Positions 33,695 through 47,879 are shown, counted from the first letter of the stretch. The stretch is DNA of 64,000 nucleotides from Centroscyllium fabricii (GCA_051313645.2 JBNRSN020000003.1:19964001-20028000); one strand, 5' to 3'. The notes: generated by a model not told the origin, from the letters alone. Numbers and translations: made by a program.

Positions 33695-33915
33695 AAATTC
33701 TGTCCTGGTGTCTGAGCCAACATTTATCCCTCAATCAACATCACTAAAAAAAAAAGGAGACTGTCTGGTCTGTAACGTTGCTGTTTATGGGAGCTTGCTG
33801 TGCGCAAATTGGCTGCCGCGTTTCCCACATCACAACAGTGCTTCATTAGCTTTAAAGCGCTTTGCGACGCCCGGTGGTCGTGAAAGGCGCTATATAAATG
33901 CAAGCCTTTCTTCCT
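33695..33915 (+). mobile_element. Deu-type SINE 3' fragment
   Basis: TGTGCGCAAATTGGCTGCC...GTGAAAGGCGCTATATAAATGCAAG. Confidence 0.8.
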
Positions 33916-33944
33916 TTAGCGACACTGTACTTGCAGATACTTAC

Positions 33945-34440
33945 AGATCCCGGTGCACAAGATGGCGGCGCGCATAGACGCAGCGGCTTTGCGTCTCCCG
34001 ATTTTTTAATGTCCCTGGTTCCCGCACTGTTCCTGGAGAGGACGGCGGGTTCGGTGGAGTAGAGCACCGGTGCTCCTCAATCGGGGCACTGGTGCTGAAC
34101 AAGCCGTCGTGGTCGTCGGAGCGCCGGGGTGCTGAGAGCGGGCTCGGAGAGCCGTGGGGCCGTCGGGCTCGGTGAAGCCGTGGGGCCGTCGGGCTCGGTG
34201 AAGCCGTCGGGGTCGGTGAAGCCGTGGGGCCGTCGGGCTCGGAGAGCTGTGGGGCCGTCGTGGCTGGAGCGCCAGGGCCTGCATGGCCGGCACCGGGCGC
34301 ATCGTGGCTGCAGCGCCTGGTGGGATGGAATGGATCAGACTGGGACCAAGGACATTTAATAATTTGGGAGATTGCATGTTTGCATTTCGTTGTTTTGTGT
34401 ATGTTCACTTTGCAATGACAATAAATTGAATCTTATCTTA
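33945..34440 (+). mobile_element. Short non-coding retroelement: YY1-type head, 26-bp GC-rich repeats, Rex1-like tail
   Basis: CAAGATGGCGGCGCG head shared with 55955. TGCAATGACAATAAA plus (ATCTT)n tail. TTAC on both flanks. Confidence 0.75.
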
Positions 34441-34479
34441 TTACTGAGTGTCCTATACAGCTGTACAATTCTTCCTACT

Positions 34480-34932
34480 TAGGTGTCAGCTGTGGCTCAG
34501 TGACCAGCACCCTCGCCTCTGAGTCAGAAGGTTGTGGGTTCAAGTCCCACTCCAGGGACTCGAGCACAAAAAAATCTCGGCTGACACTCCAGTGCAGGAC
34601 TGAGGGGAGTGCGACACTGTCGGAGGTGCCGTCTTTCAAATGAGCCGTTAAACTGAGGCCCCCGTCTGTTCTCTCAAGTGACGTAAAAGATCCCATGGCA
34701 CTATTTTGAAGAAGAGCAGGGGTGCTCTCCCCGGTGTCCTGGGCCAATATTTATCCCTCAATCAACATAACAAAAACAGATTATCAGGTCATTATGAAAT
34801 TGCTGTTTGTGTGTGGGAGCTTGCTGTGCACAAATTGGCTGCCGCGTTCCCCACATTACAACAGTGACTGCACTTCATTGGCTGTAAAGCGCTTTGAGAC
34901 GTCTGGTGGTCATGAAAGGCGCTATATAAATG
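34480..34932 (+). mobile_element. Deu-type (SacSINE1/AmnSINE1-like) SINE, near full length
   Basis: tRNA-like head (TGGCTCAGTG...GGTTCAAGTCC), GTAAAAGATCCCATGGCACTATT core, L2-type tail. Confidence 0.8.
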
Positions 34933-35530
34933 AACATAAGAAATAGGAGCAGGAGTAGGCCAATCGGCCCCTCGAGCCCGCTCCGCCATTCAACAAGATC
35001 ATGGCTGATCCGATCCCAACCTCAATTTTATTTTTACTCTCCATCCCGCCCGAACCCATGTGATCACCCGGGAGAGATGAAAAACCAGATAAAAAATCTG
35101 GTCATGATAAATTGACCCTTAGTGTTAGGGGGATTGAATATGTGGGGTTACGGGGATAGGGTGGGATATGTGTCGGTGCAGGCTCCATCGGGATCGAGGG
35201 ATGTGGGGACAGGGCAGGGACAGGGTGCTGGGTTTGGATGATCAGCCATGATCTCATTGAATGGCGGAGCAGGCTCGAAGGGCCGAATGGCCTACTCCTG
35301 CTCCTATCTTCTATGTTTCTATGTTTCTAAAAAACCCAGTGGCCAATTTGGGAGAAAAAAATCAGGGAAATTCCTCCCCGACCCATCTAGGCGATCGAAA
35401 ACTGGTCCAGGAGATCACATGGCCGATCTGAACATAGCCTCACGTCCACTTACCGGCCCGCTCACCATAACCCCTAATTCCCTTTACTTCCAGGAAACTG
35501 TCTATCTCGGTTTTAAATTTATTCAATGCA
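34932..35530 (-). mobile_element. CR1 3' end with an extra internal module, split by an HE1 fragment (35099-35327, + strand)
   Basis: Collinear with 60378-60832 once the SINE piece is removed. Confidence 0.82.
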
Positions 35531-36124
35531 AGCCTTTCTTTTAGGGGGTGGCGTCACCAGTGAGCAGAGTCATCGGCTGGCAGGGTCAGAATCTTTCCTC
35601 GTCAGCAGGTTCATGTCACGTCAGTGGAACTGGGGCGGGGGTATGGGAAGACAGAAAAGTGAGGAGTCGCATTCAGTGCTGGGACGGGACAGCACTCGCT
35701 TTCTGTATTCAAATGCCTGGAAAACAGGCAAGGATTATTCCACACTCCTGCCTTGCCAATGTTCTTTCACACAAAGTGCTTGACAGTCTCCTCGTCAGCT
35801 TTGTACAACTGATTGACTGGATAAATTATGTTGTGACTTCCACGGGACACAAATCAAATCAGGTGCTTTTGTTCAGTTTATGCAGCAGCAACGACCCTTG
35901 GCACGACAGAAATCCACATCCAGATAGGGTTTCAGCATCACCATAAGCAGTAATGCAAGATGTGTTGAGAGCACCATTCCTGCTTTTGTGCCAATTGTAA
36001 GAAATAATACGAGCCAGTTCATTTAGCTCTGAGTTGACACAGGGGGGATTAAAAGGAAAAAAAGATAAGAATACATCTGGAAACTTTTCCAAACAGGATT
36101 CTACAATATATTCTTCCTAACAGA

Positions 36125-36752
36125 AAAATTCATCTCTGGAGACTGCATCTCGGAAGATCTCTCCTGGTCACTAAACACCTCCTCTCTGGTCAAGCAGGCT
36201 CAACAGCGCCTGCACTTCCTAAGGAAGCTGAAGAAAGCCAGGCTGTCATCCGGCATCCTCTCCAACTTCTACCGCTGCACAATAGAAAGCATACTGACAA
36301 GCTGAATCACTGTCTGGAATGGAAATTGCACTATCTCGGACCGGAAAACCCTGCAGCGGGTAGTCAAAACTGCCCAACGAATCACCGGTACACAGCTACC
36401 GTCAATGGAAAGCATCTACCTCAAACGCTGCTTACGGAGGTCTCTGAACATTATTAAAGACCCCACACACCCCAGCCACAGTCTGTTCGCCCCCCCCTGC
36501 CCTCCAGGAGACGCTACAGATCAATTCGCACCCGCACGACTAGATTCCAGAACAGCTTCTTCCCCAGGGCTGTCAGCCTCCTGAACTCTAAAAATAAACT
36601 CCGGTACCTGCACGCCTGAAAATGTACTTCACTGTATGCAATTTGCATGGAATTTATTTGCACTACTCTCGGGAGAGTCGAGTCTTTGTCTCGTTGTATT
36701 GTACTAGTACTCTGCAATGACAATAAAACTTGAATTGAATTGAATTGAATTG
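36125..36752 (+). mobile_element. Rex1/Babar-like LINE 3' fragment
   Basis: Translates to KQAQQRLHFLRKL...FYRCTIESILT...LQRVVKTAQRI...KDPTHPSH. TGCAATGACAATAAA(AATTG)n tail. Confidence 0.85.
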
Positions 36753-37118
36753 TCAAACTCCATATATGACATCCTAATGCATCGCCCACTGCGCCTCTGA
36801 TCCACACAGCGTTTTGCGTCGCCATTACAGGCCAGGTTGTCAACAAATTACCTTCAGTCAGCACTCCATATCTAGAGACAGGTTAAATGAATGGAAGCAT
36901 GCAATCTCCTAAAGTCGAAAGCAGTCCAATAGAAATCACGCAACCTCCAGACAGCACACCGCCATTGGAAGCTCATATTTGTGTGCATCTTGGGAGTTGC
37001 CATCAGGTGTCCAGTTAAAACTAAAAAAAAGTGCAAAGCTGGATTCTCTTCTTTGTAGTTGTATGAATCATGGGTCTCTGAGTTTCACCAGGAGTGTGAC
37101 AGCAAAAAAAGTCAATAA

Positions 37119-37265
37119 AGTGGTGAACCTGTGGAATTCTCTACCACAGAAGGCCGTAGAGGCCAATTCATTAAATATATTCAAGAAGGAGTTAGATATA
37201 TTCCTTGAGGCTAAAGGGATCAAGGGATATGGGGAGAAAGCAGGGAAAGGTTACTGAATTTGGAT
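37119..37265 (+). mobile_element. CR1 ORF2 terminal fragment
   Basis: VVNLWNSLPQKAVEA...GIKGYG at the end of ORF 36979..37257. Confidence 0.8.
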
Positions 37266-37866
37266 TAACAACAGAAAACGCTGGAGAAACTCAGCAGGCC
37301 AGGCAGCATCGGTGGAGAGACAAACAGAGTTAACGTTTCAGGTCGATGACCTTTTTTTCAAAACTAGAGACGCCGTGAGGGGGGATAGATTTAAAGCTTG
37401 TGGGGGCTGGGGAAAGGGGGGGGGGGGTGAAAGAACAAAGGAAAGATCAGCGATAGGCTGGAAGGCGGGGGTGATAAGAGATATGCAGAGAAATTGAAGA
37501 AACACAGGATGGCTCAGAATAGGTGTGAACGGCTTTAGCAGAGTAAAGAAAAAAGCCCAGACGAATGTGTCGATTGAAAAAAGAGAGAAATTATATATAT
37601 GTAAAAAAATGTGGCAGGGGCTGAGGTTATGATCTAAAATCATTGAACTCTACGTTTAGTCCAGAGGGCTGTAGAGTGCCTAAGCGAAAGATGAGGTGCT
37701 GTTCCTCGAGTTTACGCTGGGTTTCCGTGGAACAATGCAACAGGCCACAGACAGTGAGGTCTGAATGGGAGCGGAATGGAGAATTAAAGTGACAGGCCAC
37801 CGGGAGCTCGGTATCCTCCTTACGGACTGAACGGAGGTGTTCCGCGAAGCATTCACCCAATCTGCA
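37266..37866 (-). mobile_element. Penelope-like element 3' part (GIY-YIG endonuclease C-terminus) inserted in a CR1 tail
   Basis: ORF 37627..38043 (RLGECFAEHLRSV...PVACHFN...RKLEEQHLIFRLGTLQPSGLN). The CR1 tail ATTTGGAT resumes at about 37868. Confidence 0.88.
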
Positions 37867-38625
37867 AATTTGGATGATCAGCCATGATCTCATCGAATGT
37901 CGGAGCAGGCTCGAGGGGCCGAATGGCCTACTCCTGCTCCTGTCTTCTATGATTCTAGGAGCGCTGCACACAAAGATTACGGGTCTCTGTTGGTGAACCA
38001 TCTCTCCCAAGGTCACATTTTGAACACGAGTATCAAACATCAAATGATTATTGGGTTGTTCTCATTATCCAACTGCCCTCGTCAATGATGCCTCCACTCT
38101 TCTATGATACTTATGCTTACTTCAGGAGATTTGGACAATGCCAAGATTTAACGCCTCAATAGAGGTGGTTGTTGCCCTGCAGCCGGAGAGGGATGACCCA
38201 AGTACTCTCTCGATACATGCATCAGATCTGGCGCGTACAAATTCAGTGCGTCAGGAACCGAACCGTCTCTGCTGTGTGAGTATCCACACTAAGTGTTGCA
38301 ACATCACTCGCTCCAGTCCCTGCATGCTCAATCTCAATTGTGAAAGTGTTCCTTCTCGTGTTGTTTGGCGCTTTGCACATATTATTCACTTTACTGATGG
38401 TTGGGAAGAGGCTGATGGGGCATTAATTGGCCAGGTTAGACTTATCCTGTTTTTTTGTGGCTCGGATAAAGCTGGTCAATTTTCCGTAGTCAGGTAGATG
38501 GCATCATCATGGCTGTACTGATAAGCTTGGCTACTGAATCGCCTTATGTGGCTCGGTGTCATATTTTGTATGAGAACGTTCCTGTGAAGCACCGTGGGAT
38601 GTTTTGCTACGTTAAAGGCGTTATA

Positions 38626-39252
38626 CAGGTTGAAGTTCGTTAGTCTGGCACCTGACAAACCGGCAACTTCGAACATCCGGCAACAATTTCCCTGACTGCC
38701 CTGCACATGCGCAAAATGGCCACCGCGATCGATGCTTTGGCGAATGATCTGCGCATGCGCTGCCGAACGGCGAGCGCATGCGCAGATCATTCACAATGGC
38801 CGAGCCGAGCCTGGCCGCTGCGAGCCTCCGAGAGCCTGGCCGCTGCGAGCCTCCGAGAGCCTGGCCGGTGCGAAGCTCCGAGAGCCTGGCCGCTGCGAGC
38901 CTCCGAGAGCCTGGCCGCTGCGAGCCTGGCCTCTGCGAGCCGCCGAGAGCCTGGCCGCTGCGAGCCTCCGAGAGCCTGGCCGCTGCGAGCCGCCGAGAGC
39001 CTGGCCGGTGCGAGGCTCAGAGAGCCTGGCCGCTGCGAGCCGCCGAGAGCCTGGCTGGCGCGAGCCTCCAAGAGCCGGGTCTCCCCGAACGATCAGCGCA
39101 TGCGCAGACTACTCAAAATGACCGCCGGCCTTTCGCGGTGGCCATTTTAAATGGTCTGCGCATGCGCTCGCCGAAGCTTCAATCGTTCGGGATTTTCACT
39201 TGTCCGGTACGGGCCTGGTCCCGCCCGTGCCGGATAAACGAACTTCCACCTG
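38626..39252. mobile_element. Tigger-like MITE with an internal 25-bp tandem repeat, inserted in an L2 tail
   Basis: TIRs CAGGTTGAAGTTCGTT / AACGAACTTCCACCTG, TA TSD. Unit GAGCCTGGCCGCTGCGAGCCTCCGA at about 38805-39075. Confidence 0.88.
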
Positions 39253-39277
39253 TATAGATGCAAGTTGTTGTTCTTGC

Positions 39278-39835
39278 TGCACACCTCGAGTATTGTGTGC
39301 AGCTTTGGTCGCCTCATCTGAGGAAGGATGTTCTTGCCATTGAAGGAGTGCAGCGAAGATTCGCCAGGCTGATACCTGGGATGGCAGGAATGACGTATGG
39401 GGAGAGATTGAGTCGATTGGGCTTATACTCACTGGAGTTCAGACGATTGAGAGGATCTCATCGAAACCTATAAAATTCTGTCAGGCCTGGACAGACTGGA
39501 TGCAGGAAGGATGTTTCTGATGAAAGGGGAGTCCAGAACCAGGGGCCATAGTCTAAGGATAAGGGGTAAGCCATTTAGGGTTGAGATGAGGGGGAATTTC
39601 TTCACCCAGAGAGTGGTGAACCTGTGGAATTCTCTGCCACAGAGGGCGGTGGAGGCTGGTTCATTAAATATATTCAAGAAGGAGTTGGATATATTTCTTC
39701 AGGCTGAAGGGATCAAGGGACATGGGGAGAAGACAGGGACAGGGTACTGAATCTGAAAGATCAGTCATGATCTAATTGAATGGCGGAGCAGGCTCGAAGG
39801 GCCGAATGGCCTACTCCTGCTCCTATCTTCTATCT
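39278..39835 (+). mobile_element. CR1/HER1-like LINE 3' fragment
   Basis: ORFs 39258..39473 and 39511..39750, followed by the 3' UTR. Confidence 0.92.
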
Positions 39836-40303
39836 AAGGGGATGGCCTCTCTAAATGCAATTTGAGCATGGGCTCAAAAATTTACATTTACGGATGCTGA
39901 ACTTCCAACCGGGAAGCTTGGACAATTTCAGAAATTAAAATTGGTTCCGCGATAACCATTCCAGCGCCAACCCCAGCCCCAATAAAGTACAAACACTTCG
40001 GCACAAAAGTGCATGCTGAGCCATCCAGCCGTTAATGAAGCAAAAAGAACAGGGCAAAAAAGGTCATGTAATTTGAGCACAAATGCTCTTCCAAAGTACC
40101 GTCCTCTACTCTCAAGGCAAACACTCTCAAACTGCCCCCAAGACATGATCATGAGCTGCAGGTTCATCTTTTCCACACATAACAGTTATCAAAATGAAAG
40201 ATGCGTCAGGTGCAAAGTAACGTGGCACAATGCAACTATAAATGACAACTGTTTTTCAGACTTTACAGCAGCAAATAATTGGTAAAAGGCTCCTGGCACT
40301 TAC

Positions 40304-40504
40304 ATCAGGTGAAAGCAACTTGTCAATTTTTCTGGTGAGAAAAGGCTTCTGCAGCAGAGTGCTCACTGATGGTCTGTCCCTTGGATTTCTTTTAAACAAC
40401 TGCGACATTAAGTTGCGCAGCTCGTAGGTATAATTAACAGATACGGGTGGATAAGATCCACGGATGATCTTTAGCACCAAGTTTTTCATGTTGCCAGCTT
40501 CAAA
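40304..40504 (-). CDS. NEK1: NEK1 coding exon (FEAGNMKNLVLKIIRGSYPP...RNPRDRPSV...KLLSPD)
   Basis: 201 nt within ORF 40256..40513, cag acceptor, gtaag donor, phase 0/0. End of the kinase domain. Confidence 0.93.
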
Positions 40505-40864
40505 CTGCATCAAAAAAAAAGGATGGTGAGTAACTACACAGCAAGCAAGTATTCAATTTATATGAAAAGCCTAATTTCATCTGCATTAAGTAAAGGAAAG
40601 AAAAACCTCAACACACAAAACGGTAAGAAAGTGGAGCGTCAAAACCCACTCAATGCAGTTAAAATAGGCCAACGTGAAGCCAACTTGCATACAAATGCCA
40701 AGTAGACAGAACACCTTTCTTGACTGCAGTTTTTAGGCTAGAGATGCTAAAATGTTATACATAAGAATATAGAAGTTAGCAATAGCTGAGGCAAGTGATT
40801 TGAAAGAGCAGAACCCCCCCACAAACATCGAGACTATACAGCACAGGCTCACCAGGATTATACT

Positions 40865-41945
40865 TTTATTTTCGTTCATGGGATGTGGGCGCCACTGGCG
40901 AGGCCGGCATTTATTGCCCATCCCTAATTACCCTCGAGAAGGTGGTGGTGAGCCGCCTTCTTGAACCGCTGCAGTCCGTGTGGTGAAGGTGCTCCCACCG
41001 TGCTGTTAGGGAGGGAGTTCCAGGATTTTGACCCAGCGACGATGAAGGATCGGCGATATATTTCCAAGTCAGGCGAGCATGCAGGTGCAACAGGCGGTCA
41101 GGAAGGCAAATGGTATGCTGGCCTTCATATCAAAAGGGTTAGAATACAGGAACAAGGACACCTTACTACAGCTGTACAGGGCACTGGTGAGACCACACCT
41201 TGAGTACTGTGTGCAGTTTTGGTCGCCTCATCTGAGGAAGGATGTTCTTGCCATGGAAGGAGTGCAGCGGCGATTCACCAGGCTGATACCAGGAATGGCA
41301 GGAATGACCTATGAGGAGAGACTATGTAGTTTGGGGATGTACACACTGGAGTTTAGAAGATTGAGAGGGGATCTCATAGAAACATATAAAATTCTGACAG
41401 GCCTGGACAGACTAGATGCAGAAGGAATGTTTCCGATGGCAGGAGAGTACAGAACTAGGGGACACAGTTTAAGGATAACGGCTAAACCATTTAGGACAGA
41501 GATGAGGAGGAATTTCTTCACCCAGAGAGTGGTGAACCTGTGGAACTCACTGCCACAGAGGGCAGTGGACGCCAGCTCATTAAATATATTTAAGAGGGAA
41601 TTAGATATATTTCTGCAGGCAAAAGGGGTTAAAGGTTACGGAGAGAAGGCAGGGACGGGATACTGAACTGAAGGATCAGCCATGATCTCATTGAATGGCG
41701 GAGCAGGCTCGAAGGGCCGAATGGCCTACTCCTGCTCCTATCATCTATGTATCTATGTATCTATGTGTGTGACTTGCAGGGGAACTTGGAGGTGGTGGTG
41801 TTCCCACGCGCCTGCTGCCCTTGTCCTACTGGGTGGTAGAGATCACGGGTTTGGGAGGTGCTTGGCAAGTGGCTGCAGTTCATCTTGCAGATGGTACACA
41901 CTGCAGCCACGGTACACCGGTGCTGGAAGGAGTGAATGTTTAAGG
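40865..41945 (-). mobile_element. 3' fragment of the 28105 LINE family, split by a CR1
   Basis: Matches 28110-28500 on both sides of the CR1 insert. Confidence 0.8.
41075..41765 (+). mobile_element. CR1/HER1-like LINE 3' fragment
   Basis: ORF 41079..41666, (ATCTATGT)n tail. Confidence 0.93.
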
Positions 41946-41949
41946 TTAC

Positions 41950-42302
41950 CGCACTAGAGACCCGGGTTCAAATCCAGCCTCGGGTACTATCTGTGTGAAG
42001 TTTGCACATTCTCGTGGGTTTCCTCCGGGTGCTCCGGTTTCCTCCCACAGTCCAAAGATGTGCAGGTTAGGTTGATTGGCCATGATAAATTGACCCTTAG
42101 TGTTAGGGCGATTGAATATGTGGGGTTACGGGGATAGGGTGGGATATGTGTTGATGCAGGCTCGATAGGGATCGAGGGATATGGGGAGAGGGCAGGGGCG
42201 GGGTGCTGGGTTTGGATGATCAGCCATGATCTCATTGAATGGCGGAGCAGGCTCGAAGGGCCGAATGGCCTACTCCTGCTCCTAGTTTCTATGTTTCTAT
42301 GT
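41950..42302 (+). mobile_element. HE1-type V-SINE
   Basis: B box, V domain and CR1 tail. Confidence 0.9.
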
Positions 42303-43464
42303 TACTGACGCACAAGGGCAGCAGGCTGGTGGCAATCAGCAGGAGGTTTCCTTGACCTGAAGCATGATCGTTCGTGGGGTCCAGAGTCCATGTTGTGGAT
42401 TTCCAGGGGCACTCCCTCCTGACTGTATATCAATGTGCCGCCACCTCTGGTGGGTCTGCCCTGCTGGTGGGACAGGACATACCCTGGGATGGTGATTGAT
42501 TGGCTGAAAGGTATGAGTCTATGTCAGGCTGTTTGACTAGTCTGTGGGACAGCTCTCCCAATTTTGGCACAGGTCCCCAGGTGTTAGCGAGGAGGACTTT
42601 GCAGGGTCAGCTGGGCTGGGCGTGCCGGTGCGTCCGTCCAGTTTTGTTCTTATTGTTTTTTCTCGCGATTTGATGCGAGCCACTCAGTTGCAAGAGTCAA
42701 CCACATTGTTGTGGGTCTGGAGTCACACAGAGGCCAGACCAGGTAAGGATGGCCGATATCCTTCCCTGAAGGATACTAACTTTTTATTTAATTTGGTGCT
42801 GCTGTGGTGGGATTTGAACGCGCGTCTCTTGGTCCAGCAACATAACCACTATGCTACCAGTCCCGTTGGGGGATGGGATGGGAAATTATAGCTATGAGGG
42901 GAGACTTGAGATACCGGCACTACTTTCACTAGAGCAGAAAAGGCCAAGAAAAGATGTGATGGAGGTTTTTTTTTTTAAATGATGAAGGCTTTTGATAAGA
43001 GTCAACGAGGAAAGACTATTTCCTCTGGTTGGGGAGTCCGTAATGAAGCATCATCAATTTTAAATTGTCATGAAGTGAGGGGGCGAAATTTCTTGACTGG
43101 GGGTTGTTGGGAGCATGAAATGCTTTGCCACAGGAGTAGTTGAGGAAGTAACCATTGCATCTTTTAAGGTAAAAGTGGATCAATATTTGCAGTCGAAGGT
43201 ACAGAGCTAAGGGGAAAAAGCAGGGCAGTGGGATTAATTTTGGCTTGATCTAACGAAGAGCCAACACAGAAATGGTGGGCCGAACTTTGCGTAGTTTGTA
43301 CCCGAATCACCACGTCCGAAAGTTGCCCATTTTTTATCCACTGTCTTGTCTGCTGATTTTTCTAACTGATTTATCTGGGTTAGTTCCTTTGTTATCTCTT
43401 TGCAATTTTCTATTTTCCAGTTAACTAACTTTATCTTTGACTGTTGCCTCTCCTTTTCCTGTTG

Positions 43465-44445
43465 CCAGCTATTCACAATATATATTAATGATCAGGACGA
43501 GAGGACTAGATGTAATATCTCCAAGTTTGCAGACGACGCAAAGCTGTGTGGGCGTGTGTGCTGTAAGGAGGATGCCGAGAAACTCCAGGATGATTTGGAC
43601 AGGTTGGGTGATTGGGCAGAAGCGTGGCAGATGCAATATAATGTGGATAAATGCGAGGTTATTCACTTTGGTGTCAAAAACAGGAAGGCAGATTATCTGA
43701 ACGGCAATAGATTGGGAGAAGGGGAAGTGCAACGAGACCTGGGTGTTCTTATGCACCAATCGCTGAAGGTAAGCATGCAGGTGCAGCAGGCGGTTAAGAA
43801 GGCAAATGGTATGTTGGCCTTCATAGCGAGAGGGTTCGAGTACAGGAACAAGGATGTCTTGCTGCAGTTGTACAGGGCCTTGGCGAGACCACACCTTGAG
43901 TATTGTGTGCAGTTTTGGTCACCTTATCTGAGGAAAGATGTTCTTGCCATGGAGGGAATGCAGCCAAGATTCACCAGACTGATACCTGGGATGGCAGGAA
44001 TGACTTATGAGGAGAGATTGGGTTGATTGGGTTTATACTTGCTGGAGTTTAGAAGAATGAGGGGGGATCACATTGAAACTTATAAAATTCCAACAGGACT
44101 AGGCATTCTAGATGCAGGAAGGATGATCCAGATGGCTGGGAGTCCAGAACCAGGGGTCACAGTCTAAGGAGAAGGGGTAAGCCATTTAGGACAGAGATGA
44201 GGAGGAATTTCTTCACCCAGAGAGTGGTGAACCTGTGGAATTCTCTACCACAGAAGGCAGTTGAGGCCAATTCAGTAAATATATTCAAGGAGTTAGATAT
44301 ATTTCTTAAGGCTAAAGGGATCAAGGGATATGGGGAGAAGGCAGGGACAGGGTACTGCGTTTGGATGATCAGCCATGATCTCATTGAATGGCAGAGCAGG
44401 CTCTAGGGGCCGAATGGCCTACTCCTGCTCCTATCTTCTATGCTT
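43465..44445 (+). mobile_element. CR1/HER1-like LINE, 5'-truncated
   Basis: ORFs 43400..44026 (KFADDAK) and 44197..44406. Confidence 0.92.
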
Positions 44446-44883
44446 CTAGTTTTTATATTTAACCTAATGCTCGACATTTCCCTACCCATACATTATCCCA
44501 TGATCCCATTTTACTTCCGACAACTAGATTCAGCACCGCCTTCGTCCTTGTTGCACCAACAACATACAGATCTAGAAAACAGTCTTGGACACAACGTGGA
44601 GACTTCTCCCCTTAAGATACAATTTGAAACTCCAGCGAGTTGTCTGCTGTGACATGTGCAGCCCAATTAAGATTGAAGTTTTAAACAAACACGGTCACAG
44701 AAGTTTTACTTTGATAAAATTATGTCTCATCAAGGTGGGGGATGTCAATGCTGCTCATAATCATAGAAAATTACAGCACAAGGAGGCCATTTGGCCCATT
44801 GTGTCTGTGCCGACCACCAAAAAAACAATTCAGCATAATCCCAATTCCCAGCTCTTGGTCCATAGCCCTGTAGATTACACATG

Positions 44884-45762
44884 ACTCCAATACTATCGTC
44901 AAGTTTGCTGACGATACAGTTGTAGTGGGCCTGATCACCAACAATGACGAGAAGGCCTACCTGAAGGAAGTGGAGAACCTGGCACCCTCAACAACCTCTT
45001 CCTGAATGTCAGCAAGACAAAGGAGCGGATAGTGGACTTTGGGAGGAAGCAGGAGAGGTACTATAACTCTCTCACGATCGATGGGACCCCAGTAGAGAGG
45101 GTGAGTAATTTCAGATACCTCGGTGTCCATCTTATAGAGGACCTGACATGGTCCCTTCACATAGACACCGTGGTGAAGAAGGCGCAGCAGCGTCTTTACC
45201 ATCTCAGAAGCCTGAGGACATTTAGAATGTCCCCCCAAATACAAAACAACTTTTATAAATGTGCTATTGAGAGTATTCTGTCAGGGAGCATCACCGCCTG
45301 GTATGGTAACAGTACTAAACAAGACCGTAGGGCCCTGCAGAGGGTAGTACGGTCGACAGAACGTACCACCGGGGGTGCACTCCCTAACCTGCAGGATATC
45401 TACACCAGGCGATGCATGACTAAGGCTAAGACGGTCATTAAGGATCCTAGTCACCCGAACAACGGCCTCTTCTCACTGCTGCAGTCAGGAAAACGCTACC
45501 GCAGCATTAAGACCAACACAGAGAGGCTTAGGAGGAGCTTTTATCCCCAAGCCATCCGGATCCTAAATGAAGACACTGCCAAGGGTCGGTACACTGCTCC
45601 CTGACGATTAAATGCCTTTTTCTTCTTGTAATTATAAATTATTATTTGCATTTATTGTTAATTGGACAGCAGAGACATGGAGCTTGCGATTAAGCATTTC
45701 CCCACACTTTGTACATGTATAATGATGTATATGACAAATAAAGTAAACTCAAGCTTGAACTT
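44884..45762 (+). mobile_element. Rex1/Babar-like LINE, 5'-truncated
   Basis: KFADDTVVVGLITNNDE lies upstream of ORF 45032..45604 (KKAQQRLYHLRSL...SITAWYGN...DPSHP...SFYPQAIRILN). ATGACAAATAAA near the end. Confidence 0.9.
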
Positions 45763-46194
45763 AAAATGCAATATCCAAGTACTTTTTAAATGCGATGAGG
45801 GTTTCTACCTCCATTACCCTTTCAGGCAGGGAGTTCCAGGCCCCCCCATCACCCTCTGGGTGAAAATGTTCTCAACAAGTTCTCTTTTGAAAAGTATCAA
45901 CAGCAAGCACTCCTAGTCAGATACACAGTAAAGCACCTTCTACTCTTGCACGATAACATGCCTTAGCTTTAACAGTTTGGGGGGGGGATCAGTCTTTTCA
46001 AGTTGCCTACTTCTCACATTAATCAACTCTGTAGCCTCTCTGGCAGTTTAATTAAAATAATGAGCAGGTCAGTGCTGCTGACTTGCACTCACTCAGATCA
46101 AAGTTGAAAAACAGCCAACCCATTCCACTGACAAACCTAAAATCCATCAGAGAATGAGAACAGAGTTTCATCCTTGGGTTGGATTCAAATCTCA

Positions 46195-46317
<123 letters not shown>

Positions 46318-46424
46318 TTAGTCAAGAATTATTCCTCTCCAGTCAAACAAATGCACAGAGAATGGTTGGCTTATTGTTACGTTATCCTATTCCCTAGTAA
46401 ACGGCAAAGCAGGTTAAATATTCA

Positions 46425-46556
<132 letters not shown>

Positions 46557-47102
46557 TTAATATATGTCTGTATGAAGTTCCCTTCTCTGCTATTTTAGGA
46601 GCAGCATTATCCCATTTGAAAATAAACATATTAACATCAACATCGCAGGCAAAGCATTTTCATTGAATGTACTAACATGCTAACTTAACACAGCACAATT
46701 TCACCACAAAACGTTCTACAGGCTTTCATCAACCACCAAAAAATAGGTAGCAACTGATGCTAAACACAGACATTATTCGATCATTTTTCGGACTTCTGCC
46801 ACATAAATTTCGAGTGCTCCCACCCAACATTTTTTCCAGAACACACACAAACTCTGGCCCTATGATGTCTCTTCCTCCCTCGCAGAAGCTCTTAAGCTAC
46901 ACAAGGCATTACTTCAACTGCTTCTGTCACCAAAACTAAATTGTATTGTTGAGATGAAGCTCGAACGTTGACTAGAAACAAGATAGGCCATTAGGGCCGG
47001 ATATAAATTTCATTAGTGAGAAGTAGATTTGGAACAGATATCGTCCCTGAAAGGGTAATAAACTTTTAGAACAGCTACTAGGTAGGTAGAGTCAAAGATA
47101 AT

Positions 47103-47876
47103 GGCCCTGAAATGAGCCTTGGAGCCTTCCTGCGAGTGCAGGGCTCCAAGTTACACTTACCCTGCACTTCTGCCGTTTTGCAATTATGGGATGTGAACTC
47201 CCGAGTTGTACAGCTGCTGAAAGCTCTAAGCGCCCTGCTGGTGCAACTCAACGGCGTAATTAGCGTGAGATATCGCACAAGACCACGTGATCGGCAGGGA
47301 GCCAATCAATGGAAGCAATCCTCCATTCATAACTTACACGGAGAAATCTGTGTAAGTTTTGAAAAGGAAGAGCTTCAAAAACACATCTAAACACAAAAAT
47401 AAAATTTAAAAAACACCACATTTTTTAACAATACTCTAACTAACATAAATTACCTATTTTAAAGAAAATATAAAAATTTAGAAAAAAAATTTAAAGTCTT
47501 TAACTGGCCGAAAAGAATATTTACCTGTCTTTAAAGTTAAAAAAAATTAAAACCCGTAAAAATAATACATAAATTGTTTCAAATAAAGACATACCTGCTA
47601 AAAACGGGTGCTTACGTCTGATGTTTTTAAGTGTAAAATCTTCAATACTTACCCCGATAAAAAACTCGCAAAAAAATCAGAAGTGCACCGCGCACCTCCT
47701 GGTGCGCAGGCGAATGCAATCCAGCTCGCAGCAGCTCGCGACCCCCCCCCGCCCCCCCGCTGGACGCCTTCGGAATTGTAGGTAGCAGCTGGAAACGGCT
47801 GCTCCCTGCAATTCGGAGCTCGGATGCGCTAATACCCGGATCCAAAACCTCCTGCGCTCATCGGGATTTCTGGCCC
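47103..47876. mobile_element. Harbinger-like non-autonomous element, left arm of a palindrome
   Basis: Ends GGCCCTGAAAT / ATTTCTGGCCC. Flanks AAT and ATT. Confidence 0.7.
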
Positions 47877-47879
47877 ATT